Shown: positions 1 through 12,029, numbered from the stretch's first letter. The stretch: 64,000 bases of DNA from Raja brachyura (GCA_963514005.1 OY740808.1:28024001-28088000); one strand, 5' to 3'. Translations and numbers: made by a program. The notes: generated by a model from the sequence alone, not told the origin.

Positions 1-785
1 CAACCACCCCCCTCCTCCCCATGTACTTTCCCCTGTAACCGCAGGAGATGTAACATCTGACTCTACATTTCCTCCCTCATTTTCCTCCAGGGATCCCAGC
101 AGCCCTTCCAGGTGACACAAAGGTTCTTCAAACTTTATATACTATATTCGATGCTAGTGATGTGGCCTCCTCTACATTGGTGCGACCAAGCGATGACGAG
201 GCGGCCATTTCGCCAAATACTTATGCTCAGTCTGCCAAGGTCTGCGGGATCTCCTGGTTGCTAACCATTTCAACTGCATTTCCCATTCTCATACTGACCT
301 TTCTGTCCAGAGCCTCCTCCACTGCCAGAATGAGGCCTCACGCAAAGTGGGGGAACAGCACCTAAGATCCTGTTTGGTTAGCTTATAATTAAATTGTATA
401 AACGTTGAATTCTCCAATTTTAAGTATCACTTCCCCTTCCCCTCACTCTTTCCTGTGTTTTTCTTCAATTGCAACGTGCACCCATCTCTCCAACTATTCC
501 GCCCTTCTTACGCCTCCCCCTCCCTATTGTGTCCTTTCACCATCAGCCTTTACATTTCACTACTAATCTCGCCTTATCTAACATTCTTTTGTCTTGCCTT
601 AGTCCACCCATCTGGGAATTAACCCACAAACCCCACCCATCACCTTTAGCCAACTATTTACTGCTTGGCTTTGTCCTGCCACCACATCATTTCTATCTGT
701 CCTCCATCTCCTACATTATTCTGAAGAAGGGTCTCAATCAAATTAATTCCTTCCACAGATGCTGCCTGACCTGCTCCAGAACTTT
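1..785 (+). mobile_element. Decayed 3' part of a Penelope-like retroelement (GIY-YIG region and terminal repeat remnant)
   Basis: Degenerate match to the better copy at 26.6-28.0 kb (CCCCTGTAACCGCAGGAGATG, CTCTACATTGG, AACCATTTCAAC, GAACAGCACC) followed by the CTGAAGAAGGGTCTC...GATGCTGCCTGACCTGCT terminal motif at ~721-780. Confidence 0.75.
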
Positions 786-1123
786 AGGTTTTAGTGAATA
801 AACCTTCTCCATTTCCAATTTCTGTATTTCAAGCAGTTTATACAACAAAACCTGGATGACCCAAAAGTGATAAATGCGCAGTAACTGGGTCAGATAATTA
901 CTATTTTAAATAAAACCCAGGAATGTCTCCTTCAGTAGTTCCACTATTGGACAATGCACCGTCATCAATATGATAGCCACCATTGATGATTAAAACAGTC
1001 ATTTTAATAGAGAGACTGCTAAAACAAGGTAGAAATCAGCTTTTCTGATGCTTGAAGCTCAGCTCTTCATTTTTAAGGTTTCTCCATCTAATAAAATAAT
1101 GTGATTAATTAATTACAACTCAC

Positions 1124-1244
1124 CTGGACAAGTTTAGTTGTAATGGCACTCAATATATGAGCAATATCCGGGACATAAAAGTTGGCTTGTATAATACTTC
1201 TGCCAATGTACCCAGTATCCACAGTCTTTACCACTGGATCATTC
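1124..1244 (-). CDS. MTMR3: Putative MTMR3 alternative N-terminal coding exon 2, (G)NDPVVKTVDTGYIGRSIIQANFYVPDIAHILSAITTKLVQ
   Basis: 121 nt bounded by TATCTTTTAG| and CAG|GTGAGT on the minus strand; exactly one stop-free frame, phase 2 in and phase 0 out. It resembles my recollection of the N-terminal extension of predicted long vertebrate MTMR3 isoforms; MTMR3 is head-to-head with ASCC2 in human. Not database-verified. Confidence 0.65.
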
Positions 1245-1391
1245 CTAAAAGATATGCAATGCAGAAAATGTCCCATTTAATCACTATCAAGGAAGCACTT
1301 AAGGCCTCAGTACCACGGATAAGGTGCTGGATTGGTTAAAACATTAATAATTTCCTTTTGATTACTAGTTCACTTACCCAGTTTCACCTAC

Positions 1392-1429
1392 CCGGTGCTG
1401 TTCCTACTGGTGAAGTTACATGTTAACAT
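1392..1429 (-). CDS. MTMR3: Putative MTMR3 alternative N-terminal coding exon 1, MLTCNFTSRNST(G)
   Basis: ATG at 1429-1427, 12 codons + 2 nt, then GG|GTAGGT; joins in frame to 1244-1124 across a 147-nt intron; the MLTCNF start matches my recollection of long MTMR3 isoforms. Confidence 0.6.
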
Positions 1430-1488
1430 CTTTGACAGATCTCATTGTACATCATAGAACATTGAACAGCACTGGAACCAGCCTTCTC

Positions 1489-1877
1489 TAAAGATCCTAT
1501 AGCAAGCAAGATAGTCCACTCGACGAAAAAGACATAGTACGGTCATGGGCAGATTCAAGGGTAATTTTCGGCCCCATTTCCGTAACCGGCTTCCGTCTTT
1601 GCACCAAAGATCCCATAGCGGAGCAAAGATACTAGTGCAGAGACGGAAGCCAGTTACAAAAAAACATCCTCGTAAAAATAAAAGTTATTTGGTAAAAATT
1701 TTAGAATTATAATTTATTAACACAAACTGTTCCCCCGCAACATTGATTACACTGCGAGTCGGGTCGGGTCACTCAAATGGATGAATAAAAGGCCCACGTT
1801 CCACTCCGTTGCGTACTACACGTCAGCCCATTGCATTTAGCAGGAATGGTCTATCTTGCTCCGCTATAGGATCTTTG
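1489..1877. mobile_element. Non-autonomous hAT-like DNA transposon (MITE), 389 bp
   Basis: ~30-bp imperfect TIRs (TAAAGATCCTATAGCAAGCAAGATAG... / ...CTATCTTGCTCCGCTATAGGATCTTTG); exact 8-bp TSD GCCTTCTC at 1481-1488 and 1878-1885. Confidence 0.85.
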
Positions 1878-1885
1878 GCCTTCTC

Positions 1886-2630
1886 TGCCTGCACATGATC
1901 TTTATCTACAATCCTGCATATTCATGTGCCTATTTGAAAGCCTGTTAAAAGCCACTGTTGTATCTACTTCCACCTTCACACATGGTAATACATTATATAA
2001 ACCTACCATTCCCAGAGTAAAAAAAATCTTGGCCAGCCGATATCCTTTAAACTTTTCCCCTCTTACTTAAAACATTGCCTCTAGTATTTTAAGTTTAGGT
2101 TTATTGTTGTCATGTGTACTGAGGTACAGTGAACAGCTTTGTTTTGCATGCAATCCAAACAGATCAGATATAATATACATAAATATAATCAAGTCAAACT
2201 CGGGTACAATAGATTAAGCAAAGGGGAAGATGCAGAGTGCAGCACACCCTGAGGAAAAGCTTCTATGTCTAACTTATCTATGTCTCTCATAATTATATAA
2301 ACCTATCAGATCTTCCCTCAGCCTCCGAGTCGCAGAGGAAACAATCCAACATCTCCAAACTTATAGTTAATATCCTTTAATCCAGTGTGGTATCCTGGTA
2401 AACCTCTTCTGCAAAGCCACAGCCCCCTTATTATGGGGTGACCAGAACTGTAAACAATCCAAATATGACCAAACCAAAGTTTTATACAGCTGCACATTAC
2501 TTTCTGACTCTTATACCCTGTGGAGGTAAGCATATCATATGTGTATCATATGCCTTATTTACCACCCTATCAACTTGCGTTGCTACATTCATGGAACTAT
2601 GGACTTGGATCCCAAGATCCCTGTTGCTAA
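1886..2630 (-). mobile_element. Old CR1-type LINE 3' remnant (its tail starts at ~1452; it resumes at ~4470-4680 after the nested CR1)
   Basis: Degenerate reverse-complement of CR1 RT C-terminal/3' UTR sequence; a Rex1-like tail fragment lies inside at ~2090-2240. Confidence 0.55.
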
Positions 2631-2631
2631 T

Positions 2632-4470
2632 GGTTGCGGGGGTAATAAAAACTGACTGTAAAAGTTTATTTAGTAAAAAGGAAAAGATTAGTGAAGACGA
2701 ATGTAGGTCCCTTACAGTTAGAGACAGATGAATTTATAATGGGAAATAAGGAAATGGCAGAACAGTTAAACAAGTACTTTGGATCTGTCTTCACTAAGGA
2801 AGACACAAATAATCTCCTGGAAATACTAGGGTCCGAGGATCCAGTGGGAGGGTGGAACAGAAGGGAATCCATATTAGTCAGAAAATGGTGTTAGGTAAAC
2901 TGTTGGGACAAGGCAGATCAATCTCCAGGGCCTGACGATCTGCATCGCAGAGTACTCCAGGAGGTGGAGGACATCATGGGTGCATTGGTCATCATTTTCC
3001 AATGTTCTCTTGACTCTGGATCAGTTCCTGTGGACTGGAGGGTAGCCAAGGAAGGAGGGAGAGTGAAAAGGATGAATTAAGAAAGGAGGGAGAATGAAAA
3101 TGAAGAATTATAGACCAGTTAGCCTTACATCGATAGTGGGGAAGATGCTGAATTTGATTATTAAAGATTTTACAGCAGCGCATTTGGAAAGCAGAGATGG
3201 GATCGGTCAAAGTCAACATGGATTTATGAAGGGGAAATCATGCTTGACTAATCTTTTGCAATTTTTTGAGGATGTAACAAGTAGAATGAATAAGGATGTG
3301 GTGTGTCTGGACTTTCAAAAAGCCTTTGACAAGGTCCCACACAAGAGAATGGTGTGCAAAATTAGAGCACATGGTATTGGGGGTAGGGTATTGACACGCA
3401 TAGAGAACTGGTTGGCAGACAGGAAGTCAAGAGTAGGAATTAATGGGTCCTTTTTAGAATGGCAGGCAGTGACTAGTGGGGTGCCGCAAGGTTCAGTGCT
3501 GGGACCCCTGTTGTTTAGAATATATATTAACGATTTAGACAAGGGAATTAAATGTAACATCATTAAGTCTGTGGAACAAAACTGGGTGGCAGTGTGAACT
3601 GCGAGGAGGAAGCTCGGAGGCTGCAGGGTGACTTGGATAGGTTGAGTGAGTGGACAAAAGCATGGCAGATGCAGTATAATGTGGATAAATATGAGGTTAT
3701 CCACTTTGGTGGCAAGAACAGGAAGGCAGATTATTATCTGAATGGTGTCAGATTTGGAGAAGGGGAGGTGCCACGAGACCTGGGTGTCCTTGTACATCAG
3801 TCACTGAAAGTAAACATGCACAGCAGGCAGTGAAGAAAGCTAATGGCATGTTGGCCTTCATTGTGAGAGGATTTGAATTTAGGAACAAGGAGGTCCTACT
3901 ACAGTTGTACAGGACCCTGGTGGGACTGTGCCTGGAGTATTGTGTGCAATTTTGGTCTCCTAATTTGAGGAAGGACATTATTGCTATTGAGTGCAGCATA
4001 TGTTTACCAGGTTAATTCCCGGGGTAGCGGGACTGACATATGATGAAATAGTGGGTCGCATGGACTTGTATTCGCTGGAATTTAGAAGGATGAGAGGATA
4101 TCTTATAGAAACATATAAAATTCTTTGAGGATTGGACAGGGTAGATGCAGGAAAAATATTCCCGATGTTGGGGTCACAGTTTAAAAAGTTAGGCCATTTA
4201 GGACTGCGATGAGGAAAAACGTTTTCCGCCAGAGAGTTGTGAATCTGTGGAATGCTCTGCCACAGAAGGCAGTTGAGGTCTATTCCTTGCATGTATTCAA
4301 GAGAGAGTTAGATATAGCTCTTAGGGCTAACAGAATCAAGGGATATGGGGAGAAAGCAGGAACAGGGTACTGATTCTGGATGATCAGCCATGATCATATT
4401 TGCATGGCGGTGCTGGCTTGAAGGGCCGAATAGCCTACTCCTGCACCTATTTTTATGTTTCCATGTTTCT
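2632..4470 (+). mobile_element. 5'-truncated CR1-clade LINE, frameshifted ORF2 reverse transcriptase
   Basis: ORF pieces NYRPVSLTS, QHGFMKGKSCLTNL, DFQKAFDKVPH, SGVPQGSVLGPLLF, LQGDLDRL, LEYCVQFWSP; 3' tail GGCCGAATAGCCTACTCCTGCACC...ATGTTTC repeats. Confidence 0.93.
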
Positions 4471-4943
4471 GCCATTAACTATATACTTCCCCCATACAAT
4501 TGAACTTCTAAAGTGCAACATGCCACACTTGCCCAGATTAAACTTCATCTGCCATTTCTCTGCACGTTTCAGTAACTGATCCGTATTCTGTTGTATTCTT
4601 TATTCAACTTCACTATCCGCAACTCCATCAATTTCTGTGCCATCTGCAAACTTATTAACCACCCCATCTGCAACTTTTGCCGATCAATACTCTTGCCGGT
4701 GCTGTGGAATGCAATAGTAGTTCTCACACCAGCACTATATAAAACAGAGTGATATCTGAAATGAGTCGGTTGGTTCATGAGGAAAGGCTGGACAGTCTGG
4801 GCTTGCAACGTCTGGAGTTTAGAAGAGCAAGTAGAAATTTGATTAAAGCATCCAAGATCCCAAAGGGTCTTTCTTGCAATGGCAGCCATAGACAGGAATT
4901 TTCACCCTGTGGGAGAATCTTGCAACAAGGGTCGGCTTTTTAA

Positions 4944-5248
4944 TTTAGAGATACAGCGCGGAAACAGGCCCTTCCGCCCACCGAGTCCACGTCGACCAGC
5001 GATCCCCGCACATTAACACTATCCTACACACATTAGAGACATTTTACACATACACCAAGCAAATTAACTTACACAGATGTACGTCTTCGGAGAGTGGGAG
5101 GAAACCGAAGATCTCAGTAAAAACCCACGCAGTCACGGGAAGAACGTGCAAACTCCGTATAGACAGCACTTGTAGTCGGGATCGAACCTGGGTCTCCGAT
5201 GCTGCAAGTGCTGCAAGGCAGCAACTCTATCGCTGCGCCACCGTGCCG
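4944..5248 (-). mobile_element. tRNA-derived V-SINE (HE1-like)
   Basis: Reverse complement of GGCACGGTGGCGCAGCG...GGTTCGATCC (A/B boxes), central GGAGTTTGCACGTTCT domain and CR1-like tail. Confidence 0.88.
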
Positions 5249-5974
5249 TATACTTTAGAAACATTAAGCAATTTTTGTTTTCTGAACGTCGCACGTCTTT
5301 TGACTGCTTTTCCCTCACTGAGCGGGGTAAATAGAATCTTTGAATAATTTTAGCACAGACATGGATTCTTGATACGCAAATGGTTACTGTAGAAACATTG
5401 CGTTGATATTTCAATCTAAATAGCTATGATCTTACTACAATGGCTCAACAAGCTTGAGGAACAGCGTGCATGTTCCTGCTTCTAATTCATGTTCAGTCAG
5501 AGCACAAAAAACATGACCTTTTTACCCACCATGCACTGCTGGCATCAAGGATTTATGCAACCTCAATCAATTTTTCAGCACTCAGCATTTCAAATGTCCA
5601 TCTAAAAAGCTTAAATGTTGTCATAGCACTGCCTCCACTACTTCTTCAGGCAGTGCATTCCAGATGTGAACCTCCTTCAGGATAATTAAGTTCTTCCTCA
5701 GGTCCCTTCCAAGGACTCTCTAGTTTCTTCTTTAAGTACATTACCTGGTACATCCCAGGTAACATCCTATGAATCATTTACACACTCTCTCCTGTAGCAC
5801 AGCAATCTAAACTGCATGCAAAACTCCAGGTCACAGTGATATAGCGTGGAAACAGGCCGTTTGGCCCAACTTACCCACACCGACCAACATGTCCCAGCTA
5901 CACCATACCTACCTGCCCGAGTTTGGTCTATATCCCTCCAAGTCTGTCCTATCCATGTCATATCGGGTCTGAAC

Positions 5975-6400
5975 ACTTCTTCAGACGGGGGGTGGGGGGG
6001 AAGGATATAGCATGGCCGGACATAGGCCAGAGATGGACACCCACCCAATGTGAGACAAATGGATTATAAGGTTGCAAATTGTATATGAAGATTGACGAGG
6101 TGCAAATTATTTAGGAATGTAGGTGGAGGGGAGTGAGATACAAGGTCAGCCAAGTCTCAGGGAATGTGAGGGCAGGGGGGTTGCAGAGGATACCTAAAGT
6201 TGGAGAATTCAATGTTCATACCGCTGGGTTGTAAGCTACCCAAGTGGAATATGAGGTGCTGTTCTTCCAGTTTTTGTGTGGCCTCACTATTACAATGGAG
6301 GAGGCTCAGGACAGAAAGGGAACGGGGAGGAGAGTTTAATTGGTTAGCAACTGGGATTTCCCGTAGGCCTTGGCAGATCGAGTGCAAGTTTTCTGCGAAA
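5975..6400 (-). mobile_element. Penelope-like 3' fragment (GIY-YIG C-terminus)
   Basis: ORF 6157-6441 contains LLHC...KLEEQHLIFHLGSLQPSGMNIEFSNF, as in the 27-kb copy. Confidence 0.8.
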
Positions 6401-7154
6401 TAATATAATTTTTTAAAATGAACTCTTTGGCAACCTATCATATTAAACTGATTTCACACTGCTTTGTAAGTGGATAGCACACTGATTATTTTAATTTAAA
6501 TTTAGTTTGCAGAGTTGCTTCTTTAAATCCCAATCTCCGGGAATAGTTAAATAGAATCAACATTTTCTTTAAAATACTCAAAATCTAGATTACATGTTAA
6601 CTATGTGTAGGAAGGAACTGCAGATGCTGGTTTAAACCGAAGATAGACACAAGATAGACACATAGAATTTCTCACGCTCAAAAAAAATTAATACATAAAT
6701 AAATAAATACAGTGACAATTCAATTTGCCCAAGGCTTCCAGATCTCCAGTCTGAATGGGTGGGTGGGGGGGGGGGGGGGGGGGGGGGGGTGGAGGGTGAC
6801 AACAGGTGGAGAGATGGTGGGGAAAACGGGAGCACACCAGGATAAGTTGAATCAGTGGTGATCTTATTGAATGACAATACTAGCTCAAGGGACCAATTAG
6901 GGGAGAGAGTTCCTTTCACAACGTGTGGGGAGTCTGGCCCGGGTCAGCACGGGCAGGAGGGTTGAGAAGGAGGGGGTCGGGGATCATACCAGCAACTCAC
7001 TCTCTCACCGCTGCCACGGCGCTCCGGGTGCGGAGCCACCGCATTGTGGCCGGGTAGGGAAGTAGCACGGGTGGCTGGGTGACACTGCATGGTATTCACT
7101 GCCCAGTCCGTGTCTTTCAATGGAGACCGGACAGTGAGGGGACCAGCTCAAGAG

Positions 7155-7303
7155 CAAAGATCATAGAGCGGAGCGGATCAGCGGGCGATCGATAACAGGA
7201 CAGCAGGCGGTGGAGTTTACTCCCGTGTCAGTGCGATCAAGGGGCCAATTGAGGTTACTCGCGCCAACACAGGAGTAAGCTCCACCGCCCGCTGTCCTGT
7301 TAT
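7155..7303. repeat. Foldback hairpin (45-bp arms at 7192-7236 and 7259-7303) preceded by a hAT-MITE-like TIR
   Basis: Arms complementary with about 6 transition mismatches; CAAAGATCATAGAGCGGAGC at 7155 resembles the TIR of the 1489-1877 MITE. Confidence 0.7.
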
Positions 7304-7419
7304 AGAAATGCTTGGAAAAGGCTTTATAGTGCAACATGACAATTAGAAACCAGAACATAGAAATAGATTCTTAGTTTTTTTATTTATACCAAAAAGGGCA
7401 GAATTCAAAATTTACTCAC

Positions 7420-7496
7420 CAAAATTAGTCAAAAGCTGATCAACGTTTTCCCTCAAAAAAGAGATCTTTACGTCTTGGAACAGATCACATCGAAAA
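7420..7496 (-). other. Candidate internal exon (77 nt) of the minus-strand gene, probably 5' UTR
   Basis: ATTATTTTACAG| acceptor and TTG|GTGAGT donor in TE-free AT-rich sequence; no transcript evidence. Confidence 0.45.
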
Positions 7497-8469
7497 CTGT
7501 AAAATAATTTTAATTTTTATCTTTAATAGTTTTAAGGCTATTGAGAAAACATTAGTTGTTCAATTTTGAAAAGTATACTCTAAATGCTAACACAAAAAAC
7601 CTCAAAGTGAACTGGGTGATGTTTAGTATGCAATATCAATTAAGCTTTTCATATGCATAATTTGATGGCACAACAAATTTGATATTACTATCTCAATTAC
7701 CAACTCAAGAGCATATAGAACATTCAAACTATGAAAAATAAGGCCTGTACCTGTTCGCTGAGATACTTTATGGCATCCTCTATTTTGCAATCCCAGCTGT
7801 CTATATTGCATCCATTTGATCCCCTCATTCTTTACATTTTTTGTCTAAAAATATAATAGAGTGCTTTTGCAAATCAATATAAATGAGATCTGTTGCATTT
7901 TCTCGTTTCACGAATATGTTTTCAAAATATTCTATTAAATTGGCACGTTCCTGCTTGATTTAGTTTGTATTTCTCCAAGTGCTTGGGGAAATATATGCAA
8001 ATTGGCTATTCTACTTGTTTTCTTGCGCCCAAAAGAGCAGCTCAGAAAAATATACTCACATTCCAACCAAAAATCTTTTGATTTAAATATGAAATGGATG
8101 GATTGCGAGCTTTTTAGGAAAATTATTTGGCTCAAGAACTTAACGTTGGCTGATATTCAAGGTACGAGTGTGGACAAACATGCTGACATTGTAGAGTTGA
8201 GCTGCAGTTCAATTTCCTCCACCCTCCACTGATGCAGTGATGCAAGGAATATTTCAGTCATTATTGCATCATAGTTATTGAGAGATACAGCGAAGCAAGA
8301 GAAGGAATGTTCCTTCTCTCCAGAGATGCTGCCTGACCCTCTGAGTTTTGTGTCTATCTTTGATTTAAACCAGCATCTGCTGTTCTTTCTTACACAACAA
8401 AGAAAGAGGCTCTTTGACATACTAAGTCAGTTTTGATCATTAACCTGTGGTATTAGTGATAGGACACTA

Positions 8470-8730
8470 ATCATACTTTTTATTCTCACCACATCCTCCA
8501 ACTCATCCCCCAGATTCTACTGTACAACTGCCCACTAAGGACAATTTACTGTAGCTAATTGACCCATCAACCAACGTCTTTGGGACACGAGAGGAATCTG
8601 GAGCTCCAAGAGGAAATTCATATGATCACGGGAACAAATACAAGCTCCATTCATAGAGCATCTGAGGTCAGGATTGAATGCAGGTCTCTGGTATTGTGAG
8701 GCAGAGGCACAACTTGCTGCAACCCTGTGC
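8470..8730 (-). mobile_element. Old, diverged V-SINE copy
   Basis: Degenerate reverse complement of the SINE head (GAGGTCAGGATTGAATGCAGGTCTCTGG...GCAACCCTGTGC) and central domain. Confidence 0.55.
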
Positions 8731-9604
8731 TGGAATATTAAATATATTTTTGAAATGGTGAAGCATTTAATCAACGTGGAGAAAATGTTAACCTCATTTT
8801 CACTTTTGTCACAAGTTACTGGCAGAATAGAAAATACAAGAAAAAATATACCACTTCAATAACAATAAAACGCACACAAACTTCTCCTCAAAGCATTATT
8901 TTTATTGTTATATTCTATTGTAATATTCCATCTTTAATCAATTTGAAAATATAAATTCCTTTGACTATGCTCTAACAGCAAATACTGTTCAGATATCAAG
9001 AATATAGATCACTCCGCCTTTTAAGACTGCCCTGCAATCAAATATAGTCATTACTAACCTGATCCAGAGGTCATCTCCTCTTATGCGCAAGTTTCCCATA
9101 ACCTTCCTTACTCTGATTTTATTTTTTAAATACTCCAATGATTTGGCATTCACAACCCTCTGGGTTCTAAAATTCTCGAGTTTCACTGCCCTCTGCAAAA
9201 AGTTCTTAGACACGTCAGTTTTAAATGAATACTGCTAACCTGTACTCCTGTTTGAGATTTTCTCATTTGCGCAAACATGTCAATATCTACCTTGTATATT
9301 TCAGTAAGATCATGCCTCATTCTTTTCAATATTATAAATGATTAAAATATTGTCAAAGATTATAGATCTAATTTCTTGAGCTGCTCATGGTAGGACAATA
9401 CACTCAATCCAGAAAATTACCTCATCAGTACCATGTGCAATTGTACCAATACTTCCTTTTTTCTAAACAACAACAATCTTGCATTAAAGACTAATGTGCC
9501 TAAAACTTGCTGCATCTATCTGCAAATTGTGGCTTCACCCAGTTTTGGAACTCAATTGGACATGTCAAACAATAAAGATGGGTATTATATGGAAAAGGTT
9601 TAAA

Positions 9605-10070
9605 ATTTTAGTTCAATGGCACTTTGTCACGTGTGCACTGCACAGTGAAATTTGTTTTGCATAGATCACACATACGAGTTGTCATGTTTTTGCGCCATTT
9701 ATAAAACGTTCAATATCCGGACCACCCGCTCAATGTACTAGAGCAGCTCCTGATCCAGCCAAGTCCCACACTGCTGAAAGGCTGAAGGGCCTCCTCTGAT
9801 CGGCTCATGAACTGAAGTCCCTCTTCAGCTGATCTTGAAGGTGCTGGAGGCAATACCCCAGACCCTCTCCTCTCAGCCCACTCCTCACGTCCGTAATCAC
9901 GAGCGGTTCCCTCCTCATCAGCTCTCCGGTGTTCGGAGCCGAGCTCAGCCTCTTTCAGGTTTCCCCCCTGCAGGCCGCGGCCCACTGGGTCTTTCTTCGC
10001 TGCAGCGAGGCAGGCCTGCCATTGCCCATAGCCACAAGGGGCTCAGCGGCTTTCCTCTATTCATGTCCTC
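9605..10070 (-). mobile_element. Old non-autonomous element with GC-rich body and Rex1-like 3' tail
   Basis: The GTCACGTGT...CAGTGAAATTTGTTTTGC tail resembles other Rex1 tails in this window; GC-rich body without a recognisable ORF. Confidence 0.4.
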
Positions 10071-10733
10071 CAGAAATGCTGACCTTCTCACTTTGATGCA
10101 GTTTATTTTGGAGTTGTACCTTACAATTAAAAAATGTTTTACATCATATTTATAGTTTGTATTTACGCTAAAGGTGACATACCAATTGTGAATTATTTTT
10201 AAACACTGTCTTTCCTTTCAATAAATAGAGTTTATTTCAAAAATATCTGAACCTCAAGAAATAAATCCTTAATCCTCATCCGTGATACAACCAATGTAAC
10301 ATATTATGCGGAAATAGCAACTTAAAAAAACCTATTTCCTCGTCTTCAGTTCCGAGGAAACAGAAAACTAGGATTGTGTTCCGCTTTACATCTTGATCCA
10401 CTTGCACTGCCACCTTAATGACTAAACTCTTGAACATTAAAGTAGTTGAAATGGTATTTTTCATTCTGAAAGTTTTTTTTCAACTTCTGAATGCTTAACA
10501 ATTATCAGTGGACATGGACTAAATTTTAACAGTGGACTATATTTTCATTGCAAATATCTTCCATAAACAAAAATATTTTCTTAAAATTGTATTCCCAGAT
10601 GACAAAACAAACAATTCATCCTTCATAGAATATGCTGGAGCTCAAGAATATTACTTATATAAAACGTAAGGAAGACCAACAAGTTTGCAGACTGTTTATG
10701 CTTCACTCAAATCAACTACTGGCATCATCCATT

Positions 10734-11045
10734 TCTATATAACTAAAAATCTTTGTCTTGTTTGTGCCAACAATGTCTGTGCGTGTGCGTGTGCGTGTGT
10801 GTGTGTGTCAATCTGGTTAATTCCTATCTTCTTCCAAACGCTAGACAACAGCCTTCCCGTTTTCACATATCCCACTCACACTTTTCACGTGGTGCGTTAA
10901 ACATCTTCCCGTCGCATTTCCACCTATATTTCCGAAGTTATTAATCGTTGTGATTTAAAAAACGGCTTGATTTCTTTAAACTCACCTATTTTGGAAAAAA
11001 AAATCCGAGTGACGTCACAATGCACTTGCAAGGCAGGACGGGCCA
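10734..11045 (+). mobile_element. Possible non-autonomous Helitron-like fragment containing a (TGCG/TG)n microsatellite
   Basis: Begins TCTATATAACTAAAA, a typical Helitron-like 5' end; microsatellite at ~10778-10808; no CTRR/hairpin 3' end found. Confidence 0.3.
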
Positions 11046-12029
11046 CTCCTGGAGGGTGGGGCACTCCAGCGCTCCAACACCCAAAATTCTATTTTGCTGC
11101 AGGGAATAAAATGAATTTTATCTGCCTTTTCTCAATATATGAATTTCCAGAATCACTTAATTTGACTGTCTTCTTGATTTTGACTTACAAAGGATCATAC
11201 CCTGGAATCAGAAATTACACACATGAATGGGATTGACGCATTGACATTTGAAGGTTTGAATCAACACAATTTGTCTATTTCGACACTGACAAAAGAAGTT
11301 TAACATTCACCTGGTTCATCTCCCCAAGTCCTAACAAAGATTCTGTCCCCAACAACAATAATTTAACTGGTCATTCACAGTTGTGCATAAAATGATTCCT
11401 GGACACACACAAAAAGAGAGTTGTTTCTGACACACAAGTGGTAATGAATTTGTGAAAGTTCAAGTCATTATTTTGTTCTCGAATTCCATGGTGAGGATGA
11501 AATGTTCAAAGTCACATTACAAAGTTCTAACATATCACATATATCCTACCAAATTCATAATCAAATATTGTTTTTTTTTAACTGCATTAAGTAAAATTAG
11601 CCATTAATTGAGAATTTAAAATATTACATGAATAGTTCTTGTTCAAAAATGTACGTGGAGGTGCACTATTTTTTTTCTCTCCATCATTGGCTTCCAGGAC
11701 GTTGGGAAGTTTGTTTAAAATTTGGGTTTGCTTAATATTTATTGTAAAAAATATAATTAGGACAAAGGAATATTATCTTTATCATGGAATAAACTGGAGA
11801 CTTTTTATTTCCCCATCATTACTTCTGCAATGAAATATTATTTTTTGATCCACATTAAAAGATTATAATGCAAATGGAAAGACATTTAAAATATTATAAA
11901 AGCATAATTTAATAAACATCAGAAAAAATCTGTCCTAACATTCACAAAAAATAATAGATCTCAATCAAGTGTAAGTAACATTTTTCTTGCATTCTAAAAC
12001 TACGTTAATGGAAGGATCACACGAAAATT

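Noticed and set aside
6757-6790. Long poly-G runs (also ~18455, ~19212, ~25265) as functional G-quadruplex elements
   Set aside because: They fall in the C-rich 3' region of Penelope fragments; homopolymer lengths are also error-prone
11009-11018. Perfect CRE palindrome GTGACGTCAC
   Set aside because: Isolated motif inside a probable repeat, with no CpG island or exon support
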